Source: Tubulanus polymorphus (Eukaryota; Animalia; Nemertea). Taken from it: a DNA stretch of 64,000 nt. Position numbers and translations under genes: made by a program. The stretch spans positions 2,604,001 through 2,668,000 of the forward strand of contig NC_134029.1 of assembly GCF_964204645.1 (NCBI RefSeq). Direction: 5' to 3'. The first letter of the stretch is position 1. The number at the start of each line of letters is the position of its first letter. The notes under the pieces were generated by a model. It was not told where the DNA came from and did not search any database. It saw nothing but the letters and a program-made list of their open reading frames with translations. Of this stretch, positions 39,825 to 51,260 are shown piece after piece.

Positions 39825-41255
39825 TCACAGTTCTATTTTAACGCTAGTTTTTTGTTGCTGTTCGTACGATTTCGCCATGATTTTGCTGAATGTAGCCTGC
39901 CATTGCTGAGCGGCTGCAATGTCTGATATGTTTGACGGCGATGAAGCGGCCGGATGTACCGGGTACGGAGCCGTCATTATCGGGTACCCGTGTGGCGATA
40001 GAGTCGTCCACGCGATCGCGGTGTTCGGTGCCGCAGTACTATGAAACGCACTGGGTCCATCTCTAGGCCAGACTAGTCCAGGTATTTGCCACGACCTCGC
40101 CGCTGCCGCTGCCGCTACAGGTATTTCAGACTCAGAGTTTGGAGATCTACGAACACTACAATCAACAGGGCTACCACGTGGCGACCCGAACGATCGGTCC
40201 GAATTACTGACCTGAATATCTGGCGAATTGTGTCCATCACAAGAAATTGCATCTCGTTGATCCAGGTCATCCCGGTTGCTGAGATTGACGACGTCGCATT
40301 CATCCTCATCAGTTTTAGCGACACGCTCAGATATCAGAGGAGGTGGTGCCGGCGAAGTCGGTCGAATGTGTTTTGGCGCCACTGCAGTGATAGTCACATC
40401 GTCCGGAGCTAGTAAACTTTCCACGTCGAATTGTCGTTTCCTACTCGGGGGTTGCTGTAGAACGGGAACTGGAGCTGCTGCTGCTGTTGGTGGCGGTGGT
40501 GAAACTAGACTAACCACTGATAACGATGCCGAACTATGGTCACTAGAATCGTTGGAATCTTTCGATTCGGCGGAAGAGTTTCTATTGACGTTGAATATCG
40601 GGTTCGGCCACGGAGGAGATGTTGATGATGGTGGGGGTGATGGACTATCCTCGTCATCGGGTACTGAAAGGCCCATGTGTTTACGAACACGTCGTTGAGC
40701 CCGTCGTCTTCGGAAATCGCCTTTTTTGAAATCCTCGATATTAGCGGGATGTATGGCCCAGTAATGTCCTTTCCCGTTAGCGCTACGTCCCGCCTTTATG
40801 AAACAATCATTCAACGACAGATTATGCCTGATACTGTTTCTCCAGCCAGGACCACGTGCTCTGAAATACGCGTAATTATCTAGTATCCACTGATAGATAT
40901 CGCTGAGAACGAGTTTATTTTCTTTATGACTTAGAATCGCCATAGCTATTAGTCCGATATAACTGTGACTCGGTTTCGGCTCCTCGTGTATGAAACGAGC
41001 CCGAGGGTCGTGCTTGTATAGAAACGCGTGAGCCAACGGGTCCTGAGGGTGCGGATGATACGTCAACGCGCCGGGTGGATACCCTCGAATTCCGTACGGA
41101 AATCGTGTAGCGTAATCGTAAAGTTGAGCCCTGTGATACTCGAAAGCCGCCTGAGTCATTCCGCTCATCGCGTGAAACTGCGTAAAAGCCGCAGCTGCCG
41201 GATTTGGAACTTTGATCCCGTAAGGTACCATTGTGCCCGTATTGTTCGTACACAT
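39825..41255 (-). CDS. FoxQ2: Forkhead transcription factor FoxQ2, C-terminal-eh1 type (FoxQD / fd102C-like), 476 aa, single exon
   Basis: Forkhead domain EEPKPSHSYIGLIAMAIL...GPGWRNSIRHNLSLNDCFIKAGRSANGKGHYWAIHPANIEDFKKGDFRRRRAQRRVRKHMGL is characteristic of FoxQ2/fd102C. The eh1 Groucho-binding motif FDVESLL lies C-terminal to the domain (40407-40430). Confidence 0.95.
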   Translation of the reverse strand: MCTNNTGTMVPYGIKVPNPAAAAFTQFHAMSGMTQAAFEYHRAQLYDYATRFPYGIRGYPPGALTYHPHPQDPLAHAFLYKHDPRARFIHEEPKPSHSYIGLIAMAILSHKENKLVLSDIYQWILDNYAYFRARGPGWRNSIRHNLSLNDCFIKAGRSANGKGHYWAIHPANIEDFKKGDFRRRRAQRRVRKHMGLSVPDDEDSPSPPPSSTSPPWPNPIFNVNRNSSAESKDSNDSSDHSSASLSVVSLVSPPPPTAAAAPVPVLQQPPSRKRQFDVESLLAPDDVTITAVAPKHIRPTSPAPPPLISERVAKTDEDECDVVNLSNRDDLDQRDAISCDGHNSPDIQVSNSDRSFGSPRGSPVDCSVRRSPNSESEIPVAAAAAARSWQIPGLVWPRDGPSAFHSTAAPNTAIAWTTLSPHGYPIMTAPYPVHPAASSPSNISDIAAAQQWQATFSKIMAKSYEQQQKTSVKIEL

Positions 41256-41404
41256 TTTACTATTCGTTTTCCCTTAGATGACACGAAATGTTAGTCCGAA
41301 TTCCACAACGTTGACGACGATTATTTGTCGATCTCGGAGTCCGGAACGTTTTGATTTTTTCCCCTGCTGACACAGTTTAATCGGTCGATGTTTACAGTGT
41401 GAAG

Positions 41405-41600
41405 TAACTATTGCATGTAACGCGATCTGCTGTCGCTTTATACCTTGATATCCCGTTGTGCAGAACACACCTTTATGGGATGCGACTTCACGTCAATCAA
41501 GTGACACGACGACTATTGGCTGTCGCGCCCCATAATCAGCTGTGACGTCACGCCGACAATCCGACACCGCGACAGAATGTTTTCCCTTTTGTTTATCAAA
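41405..41600 (-). promoter_or_regulatory. FoxQ2 core/proximal promoter
   Basis: On minus: TATAAAG at 41436-41442, Inr-like TAGTT about 30 nt downstream (~41410), CCAAT at 41515-41519. Also E-box CAGCTG 41537-41542, full CRE TGACGTCA 41543-41550 and Fox site TGTTTAT 41590-41596. Confidence 0.65.
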
Positions 41601-44600
41601 CTACTGACACTTGAATAGTTCTGTGCGGGCGAAGATTTCAGTATTATCCCTCTCAGAAAAACTTGACCCAAATAAGAGTCGGTTGTTTGTTGTAAATCGT
41701 TGGTTATTCCTCGTTTCGCCGTCCGGGGAAAAAGGCTCGTAATTCGACACCGAACGAAAATGACGAAATGAATGCGGATTTGACGATGAAAACGGCATGG
41801 AGGCATTGTGTCACCGTGTGTAGAAAAACAACACTACCCAACACTAACTTCACAATTGATAAATAAAATATAACCAAGTGCCTTCTATACGTTTGGAAAA
41901 TATGTTTTGTATTCGGAAATAATTCGGAATTATTTAGCTTTAAAAAAACTACAGTTTTCGTCCTATTGTTGATAACACGTAGCCTGTCCCTCCCCTCAAA
42001 CGCGGCTCGAAAAAAAACTCGGTACCTAGGCCCTATACACATTTCCATACAACATACAGCGTAAAAAAGCATCGAAACACCACAATGGCAAACAACATAT
42101 TCCGAACAGTAGATCTTTCTATCAGGGTAAGTTCCAAAGACCAGGCAGGGCTCATTTCACAGAACGACTTTTGTTAGTTACGATAACTCGATTATTGATG
42201 AAACATTAAAACATTTCCATGGAAATAGCCCCCTTGATACCTTGAGAATATGCGATGGATTTTCCCCTGCCCTGTTATCAAACTTCAGGAGACGCTTATT
42301 TGAAAACATTTTATAGAATGTGGATCCTCATCACCGGTGAGAGGTAGGCTATGATCCTAAATAGCGGAATAAACTCCTAATGCCACGGCTTTTACCGAGA
42401 AATTGTCGCCCCGTGAAGGAACAGCACAACAGGCTTTTGAGAAACAACGTTAAGACAGTAAAAAGTGGTACTTTAAGCGCGCTATATTTCTACGGACAGT
42501 GTGGGCTGTTTCCGGGTCGTCCAGTGCACGCGAATAGATTGGTAGTTCGGTTCTACCCTTCACGGTACTTCACGACACTCAAATTGCCGCGTATTTGTGG
42601 ATTGAAGTCATTCTCTAGTAGACTGGGCGGGGTATACAAGCTCGCAAATCGATATATCCTGACTGGCAAAGAAGAGGAGGGCACCAAACCTAAACATCAC
42701 GTGAAAATTCAAATTCTAGAAATTTATCGCGGTTCCTATAGGTCAGTCGTTTCATTGGTGAGAAATCAGTTTTTTGTTGCAAGGTATTCAATCGAATCCA
42801 GGAAAAATATTTAAAATGCGACCTGAAATTTTCAAGTGATGGTGAAATGGGATGCAGCAGTTGGGAACCTTTTGAAAAGATGACCGCCTTCCTCCAGAAC
42901 CGTCAATCTTGTCACCAGGTGATGACTATAACACGTTTTTATCCTTAAAAAGGACTTCAATACACAAGACACGGAGCTATGATATTTATGGTCATATATG
43001 GTCACAATTCCATACTCAATGACCTCCGACGATCTCAGCGGGATTTTGAAATCATAAGACTGAAAGTCACGACTTTTCTTCTATAAATTATCCTGATTGT
43101 TTTGTCAGCACGATGCCTTTCCTTCGTATACGTAATAATTACCTCAGGATAGACAGTTCGATGCGGACAGACAAGCTTTTGCTGAAATGCCACCCGAACA
43201 TTCATTACTTCATTATCACTGGTAAAAGTTTCGAGTAGGTGAAAATTGCACCTCTGATTGCGTAAGGCCATTTCAATTACTTTCCCTAAGTTTTTGGTTT
43301 TTATAGACAAATGCATGTCAATGATAAGAAAAACCACATTTATGGGAGTGTTATCATTTCAACTTAATTCTTCGAATTTTTGAAAAATTAAAATGGCTCA
43401 TAGAATCAGAACGTCAATCCTCTCATACGTTTGTGGGTTTTTTTCTATCTTCAATCAAAATGTCTTGTTGTAGGAGCCCGAACCGAAGAGCTGAATGTGT
43501 CATACGGCGCCCGTTAATTTCTCGAGTCGATTGTCACGTAGTTGATTCGATAATGATGATGATACCGAGCCGCGTGTGACGCGGTATTGATACTGAATGT
43601 CTGTTTAACCATAAAACACTGACATATGAACGCTTTAAACAATGGATGTCTGAATTCTATGCTGGTATGTATTTAAACAAATCAGCGCTCGCTCGTTTCT
43701 GCAGCAGGGATGGATGGCTATAGAAATCACATTAGTAAATTATGTACTTGTCACATTTTATGCTTCATTAAATTATATGGCGACATTTGTTCTTAGTCGA
43801 TAATTATCAATAGATGTTATATGACAAATATCACCCTCGGCTAATTGAGCCCACGGGCGCGGGTTTCATCCCCGGGGCCACGGAGAACTGTATAGGAGCA
43901 CGCGTAGGGCAGTTTAGCTGTAATTTCATCCCATGTCGGGGGCGTCTAGGTCCCGTCTGGCTTCCCTTCAGGTCACGTTTGCCCCTGGGCAAAGCTTCCG
44001 GCAGCGAAATAACGCGTAAAGAAAGAAAACGCTGCAAAGAAACTTAAGAAATTAAGAACTAAGTGTTTTGAGGTGTTAAGTTACTAATAGTTGACATTTA
44101 CTTGAATTTTTCGTGTTTTTCTGAAAAGGAATCGTTGGCAGATTGAGTTCCCACGGAATATACAACAACAATCTCATTCTAAACTCCTTTTAAGGCATCA
44201 TTTTGATTTTCGAAATTGTTCAATATTATACTTAACTGTAAAATAAGTTATGTCATAGAAGATTGTTTGGCTTTTAGCTCCCTTATTGTATCATCTATAC
44301 CGATACATTAGGAACAATTCAAACGAACTTTTATTGATAGTTCCCTATCTTAAAATGCATCATAAATCGATCAGATCGAGTATTCTTAACACCTCACAGT
44401 TCAGGCACTTACGGATAATAGGGACAGTAAAATTCGATTAGTGATAAAAACGTTGCGTCACGATAGACAGTGGAAAATCAGCCGGAACGGCAGCGATCTG
44501 GGACGTTAATAGAACATGAAATATGACGCGATTGCTATCTGCCGATAGAGCAAAAGGCGTCTGTAAGCTTCATATCTCGTGCGGAATCTGACCCTTCCGG

Positions 44601-44846
44601 ACCCAGCGGCGATAGGGGCAAGAATAGCGATAAAATCGGTGGGCTTCTGTCAGAAATTGTTTCTAGAAAACACAGTGAAAACGTGGGGAAAAGTTGACAA
44701 ACATTGACATGAATTGTGACAGCGGAATAATAGAAAGATCTGCCAGGCAGTAATTATGGTTTCTCTCAGCGTCATGCAATGTCATATTGGCCTGCGGGAT
44801 ACACTTTAAATTCAGTTCGTTCACTTTCCTATAACTACCCTCTCTG

Positions 44847-44852
<6 letters not shown>

Positions 44853-44902
<50 letters not shown>
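44853..44902. repeat. (CT)n microsatellite
   Basis: Direct reading. Confidence 0.98.
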
Positions 44903-44904
<2 letters not shown>

Positions 44905-47900
44905 CCAGGCCTAACCACCAGACTACCCGGGAAGCGCCCATTAAGCCACACATATGACCGGTCTAATTTCACAAATATATTTGTCTAGTCAATGGCGTTA
45001 TTATATTCGGATATGAGTTTGTATACACTAGACAATAGACTAATAGGCTCCCCCACTGCTGTTCACCTCTACCCCAAGCTGGTAAGCTGTTTTCGTCGAA
45101 AATTTGGCCAAAACATGAGTCGTTCAAAACGAATTCAAAAAGCGGAACGGATTCGAATTCACGCCACTCCCGTTTCAAATCTGTGAACTATAGCAATAAT
45201 TAGAACCCGATTGTGAAGTACCTTTCGCTGATAAATAATTAATTCAATTTATGAATTATGAATATGTTTCGAATTTATGACGGGCGCGTTTCAATTAGTT
45301 TGTGCTCGTAAGAATTTCGAATTCTATAAATTAAGGAAGTTCAATGGGCCTTAATCATGTTTGATGGACTTGAAAATCCAACGGAATAGGTCTTTCTTAG
45401 TTAGAATGGTTATAGAATTAGAATCATCAAGGCCTAGTAAGGTTATATTCTATAGAATATATATATTAGGTTATATTCTATAGTGTCGAGACCTGATAGC
45501 ACACAGTCATCAGTATCAAGTCTGTTGGTAATTCTTGTTTCGACACAAATCTAGATAATAAAAAACTGATCCGTTTTAAGAATCAAATTCAATTCGATAA
45601 CTCGGATTTGGCAAGGCTCGGGAAATTTCTCTGTGCGTAGCAACGAAATCGTTGAAATGCGTCAACTTTTCAATAATCCTTTCAATCTCGACCGTATTTT
45701 TCAAGTTTGAATGTTTCCCAGCCGTTAACTGACCATCGCGCCGGCCAATTTAAAGAAGAACTTATACAGAAAAGATCTTCAGAAAATATAATTCTAGTTG
45801 TAGAGTCGAATGATGCCTATACACCCCCAGGGAGTAGCATAATGAAGAGAGGCAGGTATATATTTTGTGTAAGGTGTAAATAAAGTACTTCCGTTGGTAT
45901 GTTCGTGGTGATGTCTATACGATACCCCGCTGAGAGTGCGCTCCTTAAAACTGACCATCTCAACGTATTTTTACACCTCTAACGCAAGTTCTACCTACCT
46001 ACAGAAATATGGACCAGATAATTAGGCATTCTGCTCTTTCGAAAATCAGACTAATGTACCTTTTCGTAGTTTTCACTTGATGAGAAGTGCACTTGACTCT
46101 AGAGGAGATGGGACATCGATGGGTCTAATTTGGCAGGATTAAGATAATTCGTTCGTTGCTACGCGTATAAGTGTAAAAATTCTAAATTCATTAGGGCCTT
46201 TTTCAAAAATTGAAACCGTGTATCTATTGAGATGGGAGCGTATTTCAGAAAATAATCTCTATTCGCTTTGACGCCTCTCCCCTGCTCCCTATTACAGAAA
46301 GACAATCCAATGGCCTTCAATTTAGCAACCGATTTTCTAGAATTCCGTTTTGTTTTACTGGTCATTCACGTCAACGGCAAAATAAGAATTCTCAAATATT
46401 CTATGATTGGACTTGCTTGTTATTAAATCCCCCAGTAATGAGCAAATATTCTAAATATTACGGCACAATGTTTTTCATTCAAGAAGTTGGTTTATGTAAT
46501 TCAAAAAGGACACGGCCGCAAATCCATCGAGAAATATCAAAGTGTCATAAGCCTAAACGTCACGCGGAGCCCCACAAAGATGAGACTCGGGGAGAACTTC
46601 GAGTACCGGATTATCGGATTATCACATGTTAATCCAGCTCTCTAATCACATTCAAATACAATAAAGGAAATTAGCCACTTGTATTAAAATGTGAGAATAA
46701 TATTTATATAGAATCCGTACACAGTGGCTATTCAGTAGAGACGCCTTTCCTCATCTCTCATCGCGCCAGGTTCAAATCACCACCTGGCTTTCGACTCTGC
46801 GAGTACGGTCCAATTGTCGTCGGCAATATTTCGGTGAAGTGGTTCCCAAATGGTGGGACGAACCGCGGAAAGAGGATTAATCATTTATATTATTGAGTTT
46901 TGAATTTCTTAATTTTGTAATGGATTCAATGAGGCGCATGAACTATACGCACTCGATACCCGCTATAGAAAGAGACAGGCACTCGTTGAGATTAGTAATT
47001 CTTACATTCAATTTTACAATTTTCACCAGAAAACGAACATTAAACGTAAGCGATGATTTTGTACACGAGATGAAAACTGTACTTGGGATGAAAATATCCG
47101 ACTCAGTCGCTTTGCTGCCAAGTTTTTTCATAAAGCTTATAACGAGGCATGAATTTTAGAAATATCCGGACACAGTTCCACCACAAAATGATACCTTTTC
47201 TTCTGATTAAAATTACTATAGTTGCTGCGTTACGACAAACAAACAAAATGAAGCCGGAAATAAAAGTGGGAAGAGTAGATGCAGGTGATAATTTGTTGTG
47301 TAAGTTGTGAAAATATTCTTTCCATTTATGAGCAATGACGTCAATTCAAACTAACACCATTAGATAACAAGGAATTTAGCAAATATTTCTATAATCAGGT
47401 GTGGCATCTTATTAGCAACAAAATTGAGATGAATTTTCAAATCCATCAGATTCCATTCTCAAACTCCGGAACCTTTACAATCGTTTTTAAATGAAAAATT
47501 ATCGTTATGCAAGACTTCGTTTTCGAAGGGACCTATAAATAAAGATAAACGTGTGAATATCACCTATAGTCGCCGAATGTGTGTGTGTGTGGCCGGCGCC
47601 GTAAATAGTAATTATGATTACGGAGAATGATTTCAATGATTACCCGATGTCACGAATCAGTTTAGGACACGAGTTCCGGACTATTACGACACTAGTGTTA
47701 TTACCAGATAGTGGTTTTAGTGTCTCTGGTTTAAATAGAGTTTATTAACACCGGTTTTGGGGGGCGGTTTCACTCTCCCGATTCACGGGTAGTCATTTTA
47801 TCGCGATTTTAAGATGATGATGTTTGCTTTTAAATGAATCTCAACGGGAGAAAATAAGGCGTCCGATGACAATTCTTACGCAATATTCGGTCACAGGGGG

Positions 47901-50900
47901 CGGTAGTGTGGAGACCGGTATAGAATTCAGAGCAAAATAACTAGTTATTCACGAATCATTAATTGTTCAGTTTCCATTCGATGTTGGGATAGATTGAGAT
48001 TAGAAGGTAAACAAATTGTATATCTTTGATTTGACTACCAACGAGCTTAAACGGGAAAACTAGATCAAGGTCTGCATGATAGAAAACAAACGTACGCGAC
48101 ATCAGTGCTTATTTCAAATGAAAATCCCGTGTTTCGTTCCCGAACGTGCAGTGGGGATTGTAAGGGGCACAAAATCAAATCAAATCGAAATCAATCGAAT
48201 CAATAAGAGGAACAATTCAAACATTTTCTCCGACCTCTTTCGGCTGAGACACTAGTTGGGTTTCGCCGAGTGTTGTTCAAATATATAGAGAATCTCGCAC
48301 TAATTTAACGCAGATGAGTCCGAAAAGTTTTCTTAAAGCTCATAGTTTATCGATTCGATCTGATAGTCTTCTTCAGGAGTTCGGACTTCATTTCTCGTTA
48401 TATCAGTGTGGGATTCTCTAAATACTATCGTCACAACACGGACTTAGTTTCACCAATGGCGTTGTTCAAACAATAGCAAATTAGTTGATAATTACGGTAA
48501 TTGTGACTATAGACTGAGGATGTGTTTTGACGGTATTTTTGTAGATGGGTTGGTATTAGAACCGGTCATATTGTGTGTATATGTTATTATTAGGTGATTT
48601 ATAAAGTCTAAGGCGGGCTAGTCTATTAGCACTGCGCTACCCCGCCCAGTCATTTTCTTCAATACACAGTCGACATAATAGAAACTCGAAGCCCGGTTTT
48701 GTTTGTATTATCTGAAGTAGTCCGATTCCCCGCGGTAGCAAAACAGCTTATACACAACGTTCTGAATACGTTTACTTGTTGTTTGGGCGTTTTTTCACGG
48801 CTGGCGACGTCTCGGTGAAAAAACACGATCATTATTAAAATACTATCTCGACTCGGAGTGTGTTTAAATCGCTACATTCATTATGCCCGCTATCTAAACT
48901 TCAAATTACCCATAGACTATCAGACGCCTGTCGGTTTACCGTATCGGTTCTGGGATCTCGGGCCATTTATTTTCAAAAAAGCAGAAAAAAGTGAGTTTTT
49001 CAAAATGTACGGCTTTATTGATTGATAAAATCTATGTATGATATCTGCTACTGACGTTAGAGAAAAAAACTGCAAAGAAATCTATGTCTTCATTTTCTCT
49101 TCACATTACATCTTCACCATCTTTCAGTCGTTTTCTTATGAGTAACAATCGAATGTGGGCCCCAGGAAACTGTTATGAGTAACAACTATGTATATATAGA
49201 ATAATGTTATTCCAAATCCGGCACGTCATTAATTGCATCGATGATTATTTTCACGAGGTTAAAAACCGGGTTCAGCTGTGCACGGATTTTGTGACATCAA
49301 TTTTCTATAGTTTCTGTGTGTAAAAACTCGCGAGTAATGGGGTAGTTCATTGTGCGGCTTACAAAGCGTAAACATTGGGGAAGACGGTTCCTTAAAATAA
49401 CGGCGGGCACCACAGCGAATAACGGTAGCATTTCAGCGTTGAATAGCCTTCGAGACAGATGCCTTGCCTGAGGCGCATAGCCAGAGGCATGGCCCCGAAT
49501 CTATTCCGGACAACCTTGCCACAGGCTTGAAGCCTGTATTTTCCAAGCTGGGAGCCAGGCTCCTGGTGAGACTACAGGGTATACGCTACCGTCCAACAGT
49601 TTGTGCAAATTAGCCATAACTCACCGTAAACCAGGCCCCAAGCACATTCGATAACCCCTTGAAGCTTTCACAAGAAAGCTAGGGGCATTTCAACGCCGGG
49701 ATATCGTGTCAAGTTTGTTTTTATGCGGTGTTAAAAAGAAAACTAAATGTGCAGCGAAAAGGTCACGAAAGGACGCGCGGAGCTATCCATTAGATTATTA
49801 AAAACGAGCCATAATAAACTCGTCGCATTTTCCTCGCATTCTTTGGGAGCTAGATTTCATGGCGACGGCAGCGACATCTAGTACCACGTAGTCGGCGAAA
49901 GATTATCTTAAATGAGATGTTCTTTCGTCGTTGATCTAATCTGCACTTTCAACAGAAGCTCAAACAAAGCATACCCTGAAAGCGTTATTATATTTGTACA
50001 AATAATTGCAAAATAATTGGCTGTAATGTTCTGCGCGCCATCGTCAGATGGTGAGGGTTGGTTTTTTCCTTGTTCGCGCGATGTCAAGGTTAATTGTTCG
50101 CCGTTAAAACGCTAATGAACGGAATCCCGGATGGAATTGGGATAATTTCTTGAGGAAAAGATCCAATCACTAAGGCAATGATTCAGTGATTATCAGCCGT
50201 TTAGAGGAGAAAACGAGCTCGCCAGAAAATTCAATTTTTCCACACAGTCATCTAGCGAAAAATGTTTCGATTTAACGCACAAAAGAAGTATTTTTCGAGA
50301 TTATCTCATTCCACTAAAATGATCGATTCCTTTAGTTATCTATTCATTTTCAGCTTCAGTTTTCATACGCTTGGACATGAATATACGATTAGACCATACG
50401 GTAGCGTGAACGGTCGTAAAATCCTTGAAAATAACCGACTAACGGAATTAATATCGATGTTGTTTTGGGCATTTTGATGGACAGGTCGAGTCAGTGCGTA
50501 AAGAACGCGATCTTTGGATAAAGATTTGATTGAATGAAGGGACACAGTGTCATTATGTTGTTAAACCAAGGGGCGCTCAATAAACGACAAGCTATTTATG
50601 AGTCTATGATTGACAGTCAAATAATGAACTGGTTGGCTTTAAATGTGACTCTTCACTTCGGTGTTTTAAGTGCAGTTTTAGGTTGTGCGCTCACGTACAA
50701 AATCCACTCGAAATGTATAAAGTCTTCACACAATTGTAGAAAACGTTACATTACCAAAGAATTCGAAGAAACTATTTCTTGTATAGGTCCCATGTACGGT
50801 TATTTCCATCTGACAGGATAGTTCCGTCGTTTACGATGACGTCATTATATCAAAAATCTATCATTTTAGTAAGGAAATTGACCTGATTTCAGATTGTTTT

Positions 50901-51165
50901 TGGATTCAGAATAGTAATCTTGAAATGCAAGATAAGGAGACGAATAGCAGTTCGAATACAGACATTCAAGTCGAGGAGATTTTCGTCTTTCAATTTCTAT
51001 TAATATTTATCAAGTATTAATTCTATATATTGTTATGTCGCTTGTTTACAGCCTTCGAATAATCAGCGAGGTCATTATCGAGTCTATAGAACTCGACTAA
51101 AAAGTTAAATCCAAGTAATGTTCAGTATACAATAGAAATCCTACAGCATTATAGAAGGAAAGTAG

Positions 51166-51260
51166 CCCGAAAGTTAGTTTGTAGTTTATTCCTGAAGATG
51201 ACAATTAGAATATATGTCGAAACATCGAAATGAACTACAAGCTCAATGAAACCTTTCGGA
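51166..51260 (+). ncRNA. Minimal type-I hammerhead-like motif of Penelope-like retroelement type
   Basis: Stem I AGTTTGTAGTTTATT / AATGAACTACAAGCT, core CTGAAGA-T, stem II GACA/TGTC, GAAAC-ATC, outer pair CCGAAAG/CTTTCGG. Confidence 0.6.

Noticed and set aside
40086-41294. Antisense and alternative-frame ORFs over FoxQ2
   Set aside because: Shadows of a GC-richer coding region.
42380-42814. 144-aa ORF divergent from FoxQ2
   Set aside because: No domain, random-looking composition and no splice or promoter support; a divergent lncRNA cannot be excluded.
44663-44988. ERERER / SLSLSL ORFs
   Set aside because: Translation of the (CT)n microsatellite.
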